Source: Spirochaetia bacterium
GTDB taxonomy: Bacteria; Spirochaetota; Spirochaetia; UBA9216
DNA: 64,000 nt
Direction of reading: 5' to 3'
NCBI GenBank assembly: GCA_965140585.1
Contig: OZ223269.1
Coordinates: forward strand, 768,001 to 832,000
Position numbers and translations under genes: made by a program. Shown here piece by piece: positions 9,420 to 19,767 of this stretch. Within the stretch, counting starts at the first letter, position 1; each line of letters begins with the position of its first letter. The notes below the pieces were generated by a model. The model made no database searches, was not told where the DNA came from, and worked only from the letters and a program-made list of their open reading frames with translations.

Positions 9420-10892
9420 TTAAGTACCGTTTTCAACTAATTCAGCTTTAAAATAATTTATATCAAGCTGTTTTACTGCTTTGACTTCATCCAGTCTTGA
9501 AACAACAGTTGTTCGGGGACATGTCTTGAAAAATGCAGGTTCATGGTCCGCTTTCCTGGAAAGCTCAATAAGTGTTTCTGCAAAATGATCAAGTGTTTCA
9601 GGACTTTCTGTTTCAGTCGGTTCAATCATAAGCGCTTCCGGAACGTTAAGAGGGAAATACACAGTAGGAGGATGCATGCCGTAATCGATAAGCGCTTTTG
9701 CAAAATCAAGTGCTTTTACACCCCTGGAGGCATAATCTTTTGCGCTTATAACAAACTCATGCAGGGTGCCATTTGGGTAGGGAATGCTGAAATCATTTTG
9801 GAGTTTCTTTTTCAGATAATTGGCATTCAGAACAGCATTTTCACTGACTTCAATTAAGCCGTCCCTTCCCATATAAAGTATATATGCATATGCGCGAAGC
9901 AGTATCCCGAAATTACCGTAAAACGGAGAGATATATCCAATCGATTCCGGTTTATGATAATCAAGGGCAAAGGTTCCGTCTTCCCGCTTTGAAATCCTCG
10001 ATGTCGGAAGAAACTCTGCAAGAAAATCCTTAACGCCTACTGGTCCGGCTCCTGGCCCTCCGCCTCCGTGAGGAGTTGAAAAAGTCTTGTGTAAATTTAA
10101 ATGCACGATATCAAACCCCAAATCTCCCGGACGTGCCTTTCCCATGATAGCATTCATGTTTGCACCGTCGTAATATAGAAGGGCTCCGAAAGAATGTGCC
10201 AGATCCGCTATTTCCCTAATATGAGGATTAAAGATTCCAAGTGTATTGGGACAAGTCAGCATAACTCCTGCTGTATTCTCATCAAGAACCTTTTTGAATT
10301 CATCCATATCCATCAAACCATCTGAATCAGATTTTACAGTTATAACCTTAAAACCTGCTATAGCCGCGCTGGCCGGATTTGTTCCATGACCGGAGTCCGG
10401 GATAATGATATTTTCTTTTTTAACCTTATTGTGTTTGTGATAGGCAGCTATCAGCATTACTCCGGTTAGTTCTCCATGTGCTCCCGCCATAGGCTGGGTC
10501 GTGAAGGCCGCCATTCCGGTAATTTCAGAGAGCTGCTTTTCCAGTTCATAAATCACCTGCAGCGCACCCTGAGTGAGAACTCCGCCTTTAACAAGCTGCG
10601 GCTGAAGCGGATGCAGGCTTGCAAAACTCTCAAGTGATGCAATTTTCTCTGTAAATCTGGGATTGTATTTCATGGTACAGGAGCCGAGAGGATAGAAGTT
10701 GGTATCAACACTGAAATTCAGCTGTGATAGTCTTGTATAGTGCCTGACAACCTCTGATTCTGAAAGGGCAGGAAGCTTTGGAGTTTCAGTATTAAGATAA
10801 TGATCTTCAAGTTTCTCTGCTGCAGGAACGTCTGATACTGGAAGTTTTATACCACGGTGATCAGGGTTTGATTTCTCAAAAATCAGCTGCAT
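9420..10892 (-). CDS. gcvPB: Glycine dehydrogenase subunit 2
   Basis: YPLGSCTMKYNP, AGAHGE, HGTNPASA, PLP lysine in HLNLHKTFSTPHGGGGPG, EPTETES. Confidence 0.96.
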   Translation of the reverse strand: MQLIFEKSNPDHRGIKLPVSDVPAAEKLEDHYLNTETPKLPALSESEVVRHYTRLSQLNFSVDTNFYPLGSCTMKYNPRFTEKIASLESFASLHPLQPQLVKGGVLTQGALQVIYELEKQLSEITGMAAFTTQPMAGAHGELTGVMLIAAYHKHNKVKKENIIIPDSGHGTNPASAAIAGFKVITVKSDSDGLMDMDEFKKVLDENTAGVMLTCPNTLGIFNPHIREIADLAHSFGALLYYDGANMNAIMGKARPGDLGFDIVHLNLHKTFSTPHGGGGPGAGPVGVKDFLAEFLPTSRISKREDGTFALDYHKPESIGYISPFYGNFGILLRAYAYILYMGRDGLIEVSENAVLNANYLKKKLQNDFSIPYPNGTLHEFVISAKDYASRGVKALDFAKALIDYGMHPPTVYFPLNVPEALMIEPTETESPETLDHFAETLIELSRKADHEPAFFKTCPRTTVVSRLDEVKAVKQLDINYFKAELVENGT

Positions 10893-12226
10893 ACTGCCTC
10901 CTCCAAAAGATCCGCATAAAGAGCGAGTTCATGCTTCGTTCTTCTTTCTGTAACAGCAATCAGAAGATAATTCTGCATTTCTGTGTAATATCTTCCCAGT
11001 GGGAAACCTGCCGCAATACCTTTTTCGATAAGCGAACCGATTACTTCATTTGCGTTAACCGGAAGTTTTACTGTAAATTCGTTGAAGGTGGGTGACGATT
11101 TCATAACCTCTATTCCAGGTATTGCAGAAAGTCTGCTCTTGAGATATTCGGTTTTATCGCGGCATAAGCCGGCAAGCTGTTTCAACCCCTCTGAGCCCAG
11201 AAGAGACATGTATATTACAGCGCGCAGCGCACAGAGCGACTGATTTGAACAAATATTTGAATTCGCAGTTTCACGTCTGATGTGCTGTTCTCTTGTCTGC
11301 AGAGTCAAAACAAAACCCTCTCTGCCGTTGCGGTCTGTTGTTTTTCCGCAGATCCGTCCGGGCATCTTACGGACGAGTTCCTGTTTTGCTGCAAGAAAAC
11401 CGAGATATGGTCCTCCAAACGACAGGGGGATACCTAGCGACTGTCCTTCACCTGTTACTATGTCGATATCCATCGTGGACGGTGGTTTAAGCATTCCAAG
11501 ACTTATCGGGTAAACACTTGAAATAATCAGAGCCCCGTTGCTGTGACAGAGTTCAGCAATATCTGTATGATCATCCACAGCGCCGAAAAAATTAGGGTTC
11601 TGGACTATTACCGCAGCTGTATCATTATCAATAAAGGCTTCAACGGCCTCTCTGCATGTCTGGCCATGACAGACAGGTACCTCATAAAAGTCTATTGAAA
11701 GGTTTTCTGAATAGCTTTTAATCATTTTGCGGTAAATCGGATTTACTCCGCCGTCCATAACCACCTTTTTACGTCCGGTTGCTCTTATCGCCATCATCAT
11801 GGCTTCATATAATGCTGTGCCTCCGTCATACAGGGAGGCATTTGCCACATCCATACCGGTTAACCCGCATATACAGCTCTGATATTCATAGATAGCCTGA
11901 AGAGTCCCCTGAGATGCTTCCGGCTGATACGGTGTGTAGGCGGTGAAAAACTCTCCGCGGCTTACGAGTGCATCAACTGCAGACGGAATTTCATGATCAT
12001 AAAATCCGCCGCCTACAAAATAAACAAGATTATGAACGTTTTTATTTCCAAGTTCTTTTAACTGTCTTATTACTTCATACTCTGATTTACCGGCGGGTAA
12101 ATTAAAGCTTGAAGCCCGTAACCCCGGTGGAATTATTGAGAATAATTTATCAAGTTCATTCTGTTCCACTCCAATAAAATCAAGCATCTTATTTCTACCG
12201 GATTCGCCGTTTGGAATGTAACTCAT
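10883..12226 (-). CDS. gcvPA: Glycine dehydrogenase subunit 1
   Basis: TAYTPYQPEASQGTLQ, NASLYDG, QTREQHIRRE, SNICSNQ. Confidence 0.96.
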   Translation of the reverse strand: MSYIPNGESGRNKMLDFIGVEQNELDKLFSIIPPGLRASSFNLPAGKSEYEVIRQLKELGNKNVHNLVYFVGGGFYDHEIPSAVDALVSRGEFFTAYTPYQPEASQGTLQAIYEYQSCICGLTGMDVANASLYDGGTALYEAMMMAIRATGRKKVVMDGGVNPIYRKMIKSYSENLSIDFYEVPVCHGQTCREAVEAFIDNDTAAVIVQNPNFFGAVDDHTDIAELCHSNGALIISSVYPISLGMLKPPSTMDIDIVTGEGQSLGIPLSFGGPYLGFLAAKQELVRKMPGRICGKTTDRNGREGFVLTLQTREQHIRRETANSNICSNQSLCALRAVIYMSLLGSEGLKQLAGLCRDKTEYLKSRLSAIPGIEVMKSSPTFNEFTVKLPVNANEVIGSLIEKGIAAGFPLGRYYTEMQNYLLIAVTERRTKHELALYADLLEEAVCS

Positions 12227-12235
12227 GTTGAACTC

Positions 12236-12625
12236 CTATTCATTTTCAAGTGATTTCAGATATTCCTCATATTCTTCTGAATTAAGAAGCTGGTTTTTTA
12301 AGCCTGAAGTCATTTTCAGCTTAAGTATCCAGCCTTCATTGTAGCAGTCTGTATTTATCAGTTCCGGAGTGTCCTCAAGCAGTGTGTTGATTTCAATTAC
12401 ACTTCCCGTTGCAGGGCTGTAGACGGGGCTTACTGCTTTTACAGACTCAAGTGTGACAACACTGTCGCCCTCGCTGAATGAAGTTCCGGGAGCGGGAAGT
12501 TCCACATAGGTTATATCACCAAGTTCATCACTGGCATGCTGGGTTATTCCAATGGTTCCGGTATCTCCTTCGGTAATAATCCACTCATGTTCCTTTGTGT
12601 ATCTTCGGTCTTTGGGTATCATCAT
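12236..12625 (-). CDS. gcvH: Glycine cleavage H protein
   Basis: YTKEHEW, LGDITYVELP, lipoyl lysine ESVKA. Confidence 0.96.
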   Translation of the reverse strand: MMIPKDRRYTKEHEWIITEGDTGTIGITQHASDELGDITYVELPAPGTSFSEGDSVVTLESVKAVSPVYSPATGSVIEINTLLEDTPELINTDCYNEGWILKLKMTSGLKNQLLNSEEYEEYLKSLENE

Positions 12626-12636
12626 TTTCTCCTTTT

Positions 12637-13719
12637 TTAAACAAACGGAAGTCTGGCAATTTCCGCTTTAATTATAGTATTCTCATTCACGCATGTAATA
12701 TTTAACTTTTTATCATAATATTGCCGGTCCAGGAGGGCAAGTCCTATTCCCTTTTTTAAAACAGGTGAAAAACAGCCGCTTGTAACGATGCCTATTCTTC
12801 TTTCTTCAAGATATATTTCGTAATCATCCCTTGCGGTCTGTCTTCCTTCACAAATAAACGGCGTAATTATGACGTCAGGTCCTTTATTTTCAATATCAGT
12901 GAGTGCTTTTTTTCCTATGAAATCTTTTTCAATATCGACAAATTTCATAAGATTTGCTTCAGAAGGGGATATTTTAAGTGAGAGTTCATGACCGTAAAGG
13001 GAATAACCCTTTTCAAGTCTAAGGCTGTCTCTTGCACCAAGACCGGCAGGTTTCACAACACTATTTTCTAAAAATCTTGTCCATAAAAGTCCTCCGGCCT
13101 CAACAGGAATGTATAATTCAAAACCATCTTCGCCTGTATATCCGGTTCTGCTGATAATTATATGAAAATTTTCATAATTAACATCAGTAAATGCGAATCG
13201 TTTTAAATCCTGTAATTCCTTTGAATTAAATATATGTGAAATTGCTTTTAATGATTCAGGTCCCTGTAAATCGAGTTTGACAGTCTCGTCCGAAATATTG
13301 ATCACATTATTTTCAGAGGATAGATTGGAAAGGAGCCATTCAAAATCTTCATCAATACGGGATGAATTTACAACAGCCATAAATTTATTTTTAGAAAATC
13401 TGTACAAAATAAGGTCGTCAATTGTAAAACCATCGTTATTGAGCATGAATCCGTAACGGCAGGAGTTATCGGGAATTTGCTTTATATCACGTGTAAACAG
13501 CCTGTTAAGCTCTTCCTCTGCAGTGGTTCCCTCAATGATAATTTCACCCATATGACTTATATCAAATAAGGATGCAGCCTTCCTTGTATAATTATGTTCC
13601 GCAATAATAGAACCGTAATGAAGGGGCAATGACCAGCCGGTAAACGCTGTCATACGGGCATTGTGTTCAAGATGAAGATGGTTAAGAGGGCTATGTTTCA
13701 GGTATAAATGATCTGACAT
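12637..13719 (-). CDS. gcvT: Aminomethyltransferase (glycine cleavage T protein)
   Basis: FDISHMG, SRTGYTGEDGFE, GLGARDSLRLE; ATG 13719 preceded by AGGAGG. Confidence 0.96.
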   Translation of the reverse strand: MSDHLYLKHSPLNHLHLEHNARMTAFTGWSLPLHYGSIIAEHNYTRKAASLFDISHMGEIIIEGTTAEEELNRLFTRDIKQIPDNSCRYGFMLNNDGFTIDDLILYRFSKNKFMAVVNSSRIDEDFEWLLSNLSSENNVINISDETVKLDLQGPESLKAISHIFNSKELQDLKRFAFTDVNYENFHIIISRTGYTGEDGFELYIPVEAGGLLWTRFLENSVVKPAGLGARDSLRLEKGYSLYGHELSLKISPSEANLMKFVDIEKDFIGKKALTDIENKGPDVIITPFICEGRQTARDDYEIYLEERRIGIVTSGCFSPVLKKGIGLALLDRQYYDKKLNITCVNENTIIKAEIARLPFV

Positions 13720-13745
13720 AACAGGGCCTCCTGAAATCTGAGACA

Positions 13746-13774
13746 ATTATATGATCTGTATTTTTAAAATACAA
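13746..13774 (-). promoter_or_regulatory. sigma70 promoter of gcv operon with overlapping palindrome
   Basis: Minus strand TTGTAT-N17-TATAAT; palindrome TGTATTTT-n-AAAATACA at 13757-13773. Confidence 0.65.
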
Positions 13775-13783
13775 GTAAATGTA

Positions 13784-14578
13784 TTATTTTGTGTGAATCT
13801 TGAGCGCCGGGTATGCGAATTCTATTTTTTCTTTTTCAAATGCTTTTTTTATTTCGGGAATTATCGAGTTTTTAAGCTGAAGGTAGCTCGTTTTTTCAAA
13901 CCACATGCCCAAAAGTATTTCGCAGCCTTTTTCGCCGAAGCCGTTATATACAAATAGAGGTTCCGGTTCGGTCAGACAAAGCGGATTCTCTGAAGCTGCT
14001 GATAAAAGAATATTTTTTACTTTTTCAAGGTCTGTGTCATAAGGTACCGATATATTGATATCCATCCTTCGTATCGGAAATCTTGTAACGGTAGTAACGT
14101 CTGAATTGATAATATTCTCGTTTGGAATGCGGACAAAAAGGTTGTCAAAGGTTCTGAGTTTTATGGACAGCAAATCTATTGAATAAACTATTCCGGTTTT
14201 ATCTCCAATTTTAACAACATCACCAACCTGGAAGGATTTTTCACTGATTAGAAAAATACCGCTGATTATATTACCCACACTGTTTTTGGAAGCGACACCT
14301 ATGGTCAATCCGGCAATTCCGGCTGCTCCCAGAAGTGCGGTAAGATCAATATTAAAAATAGAAAGTACTGTCAGAATAACGATGAACAGTCCGGAATAGA
14401 TGACAATTTTGTTAATCAGCATGAAACTCTGCTGGGAGATTTTTTTCTTAACTGTACGTTTTAAAACAGCTGTAATTATCCTGATTATGATAAGCCCGCA
14501 GACAGCAATAATTACTGCTTTTAGAATAGTTTGATATGGAAAATTGTTAAAAAATTGATTCAAACTTTTGAAATCCAT
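13784..14578 (-). CDS. mscS: Small-conductance mechanosensitive channel
   Basis: TM helices, LGAAGIAGLTIG, NIISGIFL, FQVGD, RIPN. Confidence 0.92.
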   Translation of the reverse strand: MDFKSLNQFFNNFPYQTILKAVIIAVCGLIIIRIITAVLKRTVKKKISQQSFMLINKIVIYSGLFIVILTVLSIFNIDLTALLGAAGIAGLTIGVASKNSVGNIISGIFLISEKSFQVGDVVKIGDKTGIVYSIDLLSIKLRTFDNLFVRIPNENIINSDVTTVTRFPIRRMDINISVPYDTDLEKVKNILLSAASENPLCLTEPEPLFVYNGFGEKGCEILLGMWFEKTSYLQLKNSIIPEIKKAFEKEKIEFAYPALKIHTK

Positions 14579-14590
14579 ATTTTACTCCTG

Positions 14591-15385
14591 TCAGCCTAGA
14601 TTCTTAAAAAATCTGAAACTTCTTCTGATGAGACTTTTCTCATCAGCCTTTCTTGGACTGGTAAGCAGATTATCGAACTCAATCTCTTTCCCGGGGGTAT
14701 CGTGATAATTATACTGAAGCAGCTGTTCCGGACCTGAAACTATTACATCAACCTTGTTGGATGAAAGGTATCTGCCGTTCTGGAAAATCTTAAGCGAAGG
14801 TGTGTTAAGAAAAATTTTATAAAAACGGAATGCTTCAGAAGATTTATTGGTGAAATGAATAAGTATTGCTGCTCTGTCAGGCTTGAGGTTTTCAAGATCC
14901 TTCTTCTCATGAAATACAGCATTGAAAGAAAAACACAAATCACCGGATTCAAAATCACCCGACCAGGTATTTGACAGTTTCCATGTGGCGAATTCTTTGA
15001 TAATAGCCTTTGGGGTCTGTTTTACAATTGCCGGAGATACAGGCAGACTGCAGAGAAAACTTACATTTGTGTCAGGATTAAGCGTGAAAGGGGTATCAAA
15101 CATCAGAATGAGCGGTCTGTCGGGAAATACTGGACATAGGCTGCTTTTCCCTATGTTTTTAGAACCCAGCATTTCAAAGTTAAAAGAGTCTGAGAAATTA
15201 TCTGATATTTTATCGGTTAAACTGAATTTTTCACGGCCGTCTGTGATTGTATTAAAAGCTGTATACAGAGAATCTGCTTTTCTTAGAATGCAAATTTCAC
15301 TTAAACCGTAATTGATTATGAGTTTTTCCGGTATTTCTGCAGGAATTATCGACCAGAAAAAAGTGTTTGAATTATCGATAGACAT
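14591..15385 (-). CDS. DUF432-like hypothetical protein
   Basis: PVFPDRPLI, LSNTWSGD..SGDLCF pattern; adjacent to mscS. Confidence 0.6.
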   Translation of the reverse strand: MSIDNSNTFFWSIIPAEIPEKLIINYGLSEICILRKADSLYTAFNTITDGREKFSLTDKISDNFSDSFNFEMLGSKNIGKSSLCPVFPDRPLILMFDTPFTLNPDTNVSFLCSLPVSPAIVKQTPKAIIKEFATWKLSNTWSGDFESGDLCFSFNAVFHEKKDLENLKPDRAAILIHFTNKSSEAFRFYKIFLNTPSLKIFQNGRYLSSNKVDVIVSGPEQLLQYNYHDTPGKEIEFDNLLTSPRKADEKSLIRRSFRFFKNLG

Positions 15386-15397
15386 TTGATTTCCCTT

Positions 15398-16471
15398 TTA
15401 TAACCATTTCTTCTTTTTAAAGAAAACAAGCATAGCTACACCGATTATAAGCATCACAAGCAGTACTGCAAAATAAGCCCATTTGATAGAAAGTTCAGGC
15501 ATATAGGAGAAATTCATACCGTAAATACCGGCAATAAATGTCAGCGGAATAAAAATTGTAGCAATCAATGTCAGGACCTTCATTATTGAGTTCATACGGT
15601 TGCTTATAGTTGAGGTATATGTATCATATACACCGCTTAGAATTTCACGGAAAACATCGATAAACTCAACTACCTGTATTACATGGTCAGAAACATCGTT
15701 GAAGAAAACCAGAGTGTCTTCACCGATTAGTTCAGTTTCTTCGCGTTTAATGTTATTAGCGATTTCCTTCAGAGGCATCGTAATTTTTCGAAGGTAGAGA
15801 AGTTCCTTTCTTAAATCATGGAGCTCTGAGGTATGTTCGTTGACAGGATTTTTGAGTACTTCATCTTCAAGATTATCTATACGTTCTGAAAGAATGTCTG
15901 TGACTGCCATGTAGTTGTCAATAATGATATCAATCAAAGCATAAAATAGATAATCATTTCCCTTTTTTCTAATTTTACCGAGGCTGTTTCTAAGCCTTGC
16001 TCTGACAGGATCAAAAAGATCGCCTGGTTTTTCCTGAAAACTGATCAGGTAATCCTTGCCCAGAATGAAACTTACCTGTTCAGAATCAATACTTCCGCTA
16101 ATTTCATCCCAAGATATCATCTTAAGAATTAAAAGCATTTGATCATCAATTATGTCAATTTTGGGAAGAATTGTAGTGTTAAGAATATCTTCAAGGAGCA
16201 GGGGATGTATATTAAAAATAGTCCCTGTTCTTTTTATCAGTTCTGTATCATGAAGTCCGTCAATGTTAATCCAGTTGACATAATTAACCTGTTTTCCGAT
16301 TAAAGCAGAATTAATATCATCCGGTACAGTTTCTGATAAGTCAGTTTCATCATATCTCATTAGAGATATCAATGCCTTATCAGTTTTTTTTCTGCCGATA
16401 TGAACCAGTGAGCCCGGAGGACTTCCAATGCTTTCTTTACGGTTTTTAAAAATTTTGTTGTACTTCATCAT
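15398..16471 (-). CDS. corA: Magnesium/cobalt transporter
   Basis: GSPPGSL N-terminus, HPLLLEDI, PLTFIAGIYGMNF. Confidence 0.95.
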   Translation of the reverse strand: MMKYNKIFKNRKESIGSPPGSLVHIGRKKTDKALISLMRYDETDLSETVPDDINSALIGKQVNYVNWINIDGLHDTELIKRTGTIFNIHPLLLEDILNTTILPKIDIIDDQMLLILKMISWDEISGSIDSEQVSFILGKDYLISFQEKPGDLFDPVRARLRNSLGKIRKKGNDYLFYALIDIIIDNYMAVTDILSERIDNLEDEVLKNPVNEHTSELHDLRKELLYLRKITMPLKEIANNIKREETELIGEDTLVFFNDVSDHVIQVVEFIDVFREILSGVYDTYTSTISNRMNSIMKVLTLIATIFIPLTFIAGIYGMNFSYMPELSIKWAYFAVLLVMLIIGVAMLVFFKKKKWL

Positions 16472-16486
16472 GAGATATTATACATC

Positions 16487-16513
16487 AAAAAGCCGCCTTT
16501 GAAAGGCGGCTTT
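16487..16513 (-). terminator. Intrinsic terminator after rubrerythrin
   Basis: AAAAAGCCGCCTTT-g-AAAGGCGGCTTT. Confidence 0.8.
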
Positions 16514-16532
16514 ACTCTCAGGAAAGTTAAAT

Positions 16533-17054
16533 TTAGAGGTCGAGGTTGGCGGGTTCAAAAAGTTCTTTTCCGCTTTTGCAGCATGGACATTTTACAGGCG
16601 GTTCTGTATTTTCAACAATGTATCCGCATACACTGCATTTCCAGAGAATAGGTTCATCTCTTTTGTAGACTGTACCGTTGTTTACCATTTCAAGAAGTCT
16701 TTTGTATCTGTCTCTGTGATGAGCTTCAACTTTGAGAATCTGTTTAAAAAGATTCATAGCATCTTTTTCACCTTCAGCTTCTGCTTCTTTTGCAAAATCA
16801 GCATACATTGTCTGTACTTCGTAATCTTCACCTTCCATGGCGGCTTTAAGGTTTGCTGCAGTATCACCGATACCTCCGAGCATAGTAAACTCGTCAAAAG
16901 CATGCTGCATTTCATTTGCTGCAGTTTCTTCAAAAATTTTTGCTATGTAGTTGTAGCCTTCTTCTCTCGCTACCGCGGCCCAGAATGTATATTTGTTTCT
17001 GGCCTGAGATTCACCTGCGAAGGCGGACTGCAGATTCTCTGAAGTTTTTCCCAT
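16533..17054 (-). CDS. rbr: Rubrerythrin
   Basis: AFAGESQARNKY, ExxH di-iron motifs (EMQH, EAHH), C-terminal CSVC...CPCC. Confidence 0.94.
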   Translation of the reverse strand: MGKTSENLQSAFAGESQARNKYTFWAAVAREEGYNYIAKIFEETAANEMQHAFDEFTMLGGIGDTAANLKAAMEGEDYEVQTMYADFAKEAEAEGEKDAMNLFKQILKVEAHHRDRYKRLLEMVNNGTVYKRDEPILWKCSVCGYIVENTEPPVKCPCCKSGKELFEPANLDL

Positions 17055-17108
17055 AATAATACTCCTATAAATATATTTTTATCATCTGTATAACAGAATG
17101 ATGATTCC

Positions 17109-17546
17109 TTAGTTATGCTTACAGCTGCTGCATATACCGCTGTATACTATTCTCATACCTGTAATTGTGAAATTTTCAGGAAGGACTGTCAAATTTTCAA
17201 CTTCTTTTTCATTACTATTCAGTTCTATATCATAGATATTTCCGCATTCAGTACAGTGAAAGTGATTATGACTGTGAGTCTGGGTATCAAAACGTCTTGT
17301 TGATCCGTAGGTTTCGGTTTTTTGAATAAGTCCGCAGTCATGAAAAGTCTGCATTGTTCTGTTTACTGTATCATAAGTTACTGAAGGGATAACCGGTTTT
17401 ACAAGTTTGAAAACTTCATCCACGGTAGGATGGGTTTTAAGAGGCTTAATCAATTTGAATATGGTAATTCTGTTGGGAGTCATGCGCAAACCGCACTTCT
17501 TGAATTCATCTCTTATATGAGTCAAGTCCTCTGCCTGTAAATGCAT
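17109..17546 (-). CDS. Fur-family regulator (PerR-like)
   Basis: HPT, RFD, HNHFHCTECG, CSSC; upstream of rbr. Confidence 0.88.
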   Translation of the reverse strand: MHLQAEDLTHIRDEFKKCGLRMTPNRITIFKLIKPLKTHPTVDEVFKLVKPVIPSVTYDTVNRTMQTFHDCGLIQKTETYGSTRRFDTQTHSHNHFHCTECGNIYDIELNSNEKEVENLTVLPENFTITGMRIVYSGICSSCKHN

Positions 17547-17694
17547 GAATATATTATATAATAGAAATACTTATTTAGCAATGGATTTTATCCGGAAAAA
17601 ACATTTTGCATTTTTATAGAAAATATAACTTAATTAGTTATTATGCAATAATTTATATCGTATTAAAAATATTAAGAAAACTTTTAAATACCCG

Positions 17695-17723
17695 TTGACA
17701 TAAAAATTAAATTCATTTATCTT
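17695..17723 (+). promoter_or_regulatory. sigma70 promoter of tRNA-Asn
   Basis: TTGACA-N17-TATCTT. Confidence 0.75.
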
Positions 17724-17740
17724 AACCAAGCATTAAGCAA

Positions 17741-17813
17741 TCCCCTGTAGCTCAGCTGGTAGAGCGGGTGACTGTTAATCACTAGGTCGGCAGTTCAAGT
17801 CTGTCCGGGGGAG
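17741..17813 (+). tRNA. tRNA-Asn (GTT), CCA not encoded
   Basis: Acceptor TCCCCTG/CGGGGGA, D-arm GCTCAGCTGGTAGAGC, anticodon loop CTGTTAA, T-loop TTCAAGT. Confidence 0.96.
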
Positions 17814-17816
17814 TAT

Positions 17817-17854
17817 AAAAGACTGTCTGTAATAATTTCAGACAGTCTTTTTTT
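17817..17854. terminator. Intrinsic terminator after tRNA-Asn (likely bidirectional)
   Basis: AAAAGACTGTCTG-loop-CAGACAGTCTTTTTTT. Confidence 0.85.
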
Positions 17855-17889
17855 ATTTAAATTCTGTATTCATTCTGCTGTTAAGTCTG

Positions 17890-19650
17890 CTATAAATAGG
17901 TAAAAAATTTGAAATCTTCGATAAAAAAATGACCTACCAGAATTTCTTCAAGAATGAAGTCGAAGAGGGCTTCGGGACTTTTTATATAATGTTCAATGTT
18001 GTCTTTTGTACGGTTGATACTGTTTAGAATGTGGCTATGTATCATTTTATGATCTTCAAGAAACGGATATCCTGCTTTGAAAAGAATACCTTCCTCATAT
18101 CTGAAGTGTTTTGTCAGTGATTCGATGAAATCTGAATAGAGCAAGTGAAATTTTTCAGGATTAACTTCAAATAAATCGATCATGGTGTTTGCATCTGCCA
18201 TTAACTGCTTATGCTGCTGATTGATTGCATTGTTACTGCAAAACCATTCACTCTTCTAGTCAAGAGTTTTAAGTTCTCTTTTCATCGGCTCACTTTCCAT
18301 ACTGATAGATAACCTGTTTCTGCCATCATGCTTTGCTTTATATAGGGCATTATCTACCCGTTTAAATAAACTTCCCCAGAACTCAAATTCAAGACGCTGT
18401 GCAATTCCAAGACTTATTGTGACATTCCCAATATCGTCATAGTTAATCTTTCCAATTTCTGTACGCAGTTTCTCAGCAATACCTGTAGCGATATTTAAAT
18501 TCCCGCCTGAAACAATAATCAAAAATTCTTCACCTCCCCATCGGACAAGAAGATCACTTTTTCTGATTATTTCTTTTGCTTTTGCGGCAGTACTCACCAA
18601 TACACGATCACCTGCTTCATGACCATAATTATCATTAACCTGTTTAAAATGATCCAAATCAAAAAGAATTATTGAAAGGTCGTATTCCATTCGATCAGCT
18701 CTATCCATTTCGCTGTGTATGTTTCTTTCAAGCATTTCTCTGTTAAAGACACCTGTAAGTCTGTCGGTTATAGCAGTCTCGTTTAAGGAGTTATTTTTTT
18801 TTCTAAGCAATATATGTTTAACTGAAATACGATATAAACTTACAGTAGCAGCCAATATCACTATAATACCAAGGGAAATTACTAGATAGATTATGCTGTA
18901 ATTAAAAGTGTTTGCAAATTCATCCGGAATATAATATATTTCCCACTCTCCAAAATCTGATTTTTTAAGAACTTTTTCAGGGTTCATATCGAATATGTCC
19001 GGGCTGCCGTACATTATCAGTGAATCTTCGGTTTTGTCTAAAATAAGTACTTTAATTTCAGCATCTTTGCTGATCTGATCGATATATTCATTGAATTTTA
19101 AACCATCAAGAACAATACTGGCCTGTCCCCAATATAGACCATCTTTCAAAAGTGGAATCCGTATAATATACCCGATTCCTCCCTGAACAAGGTTTACAGG
19201 ACCCTGGAAAACGTGTTTTTGTTCGTTTTTTACTTCGAGAACCTTCCTGGACTGGCCTTCAATTTTTGATAAATCGACTCCGATTGCTGCTGCATTATTT
19301 TCTCTGGGGAAATTCCATTCAAGTGTAGTATCCTTAAGAATCCCTACATTTCGTATATATTGACTTCTGCCATGCATTAAATTCGCTAAAAACTCATAAA
19401 TTTCTTCATCCTTAAAATTATCGAATGTCTCTATATAGGCTGAAAATCCAAAAAGGATGTCCTTGTGTGATAATATAAAATTCTCAAGGTTATTATTAAA
19501 ATTCATATATCTATTATATGAATCTAATGTTCGCTGTGACTCCACCTGACTAAAAAGAAGACTGCTTATCCATATGAGCATACCGCTGAGAATGACAAAA
19601 ATAAATCCGGCCAATCCAAGCGCCTGAATATATCTGGTTTTATTTTTCAT
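17890..19650 (-). pseudogene. CHASE-GGDEF-hemerythrin diguanylate cyclase with in-frame TAG at 18256-18258 (CHASE-GGDEF part intact)
   Basis: TM-CHASE (GPVNLVQGG)-TM-GGEEF with RKSD I-site; read-through gives LD*KSEWFCSNNAINQQHKQL, in frame with hemerythrin motifs HFRYEE, HKMIH, HFFIED. Confidence 0.8.
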
Positions 19651-19767
19651 TTGAATCCTTTTTTTTTAATTATAATCAATCCGAAGTTGGAAAAAAGACT
19701 TGGGATAAGATATTTTTAAAATTTAAATTTCCATGTTAAAATATTTTTTCTAATATTAGGAGAAAGT

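Noticed and set aside
17547-17694. PerR/Fur box upstream of the regulator
   Set aside because: Only imperfect palindromes in very AT-rich sequence; not distinguishable from chance
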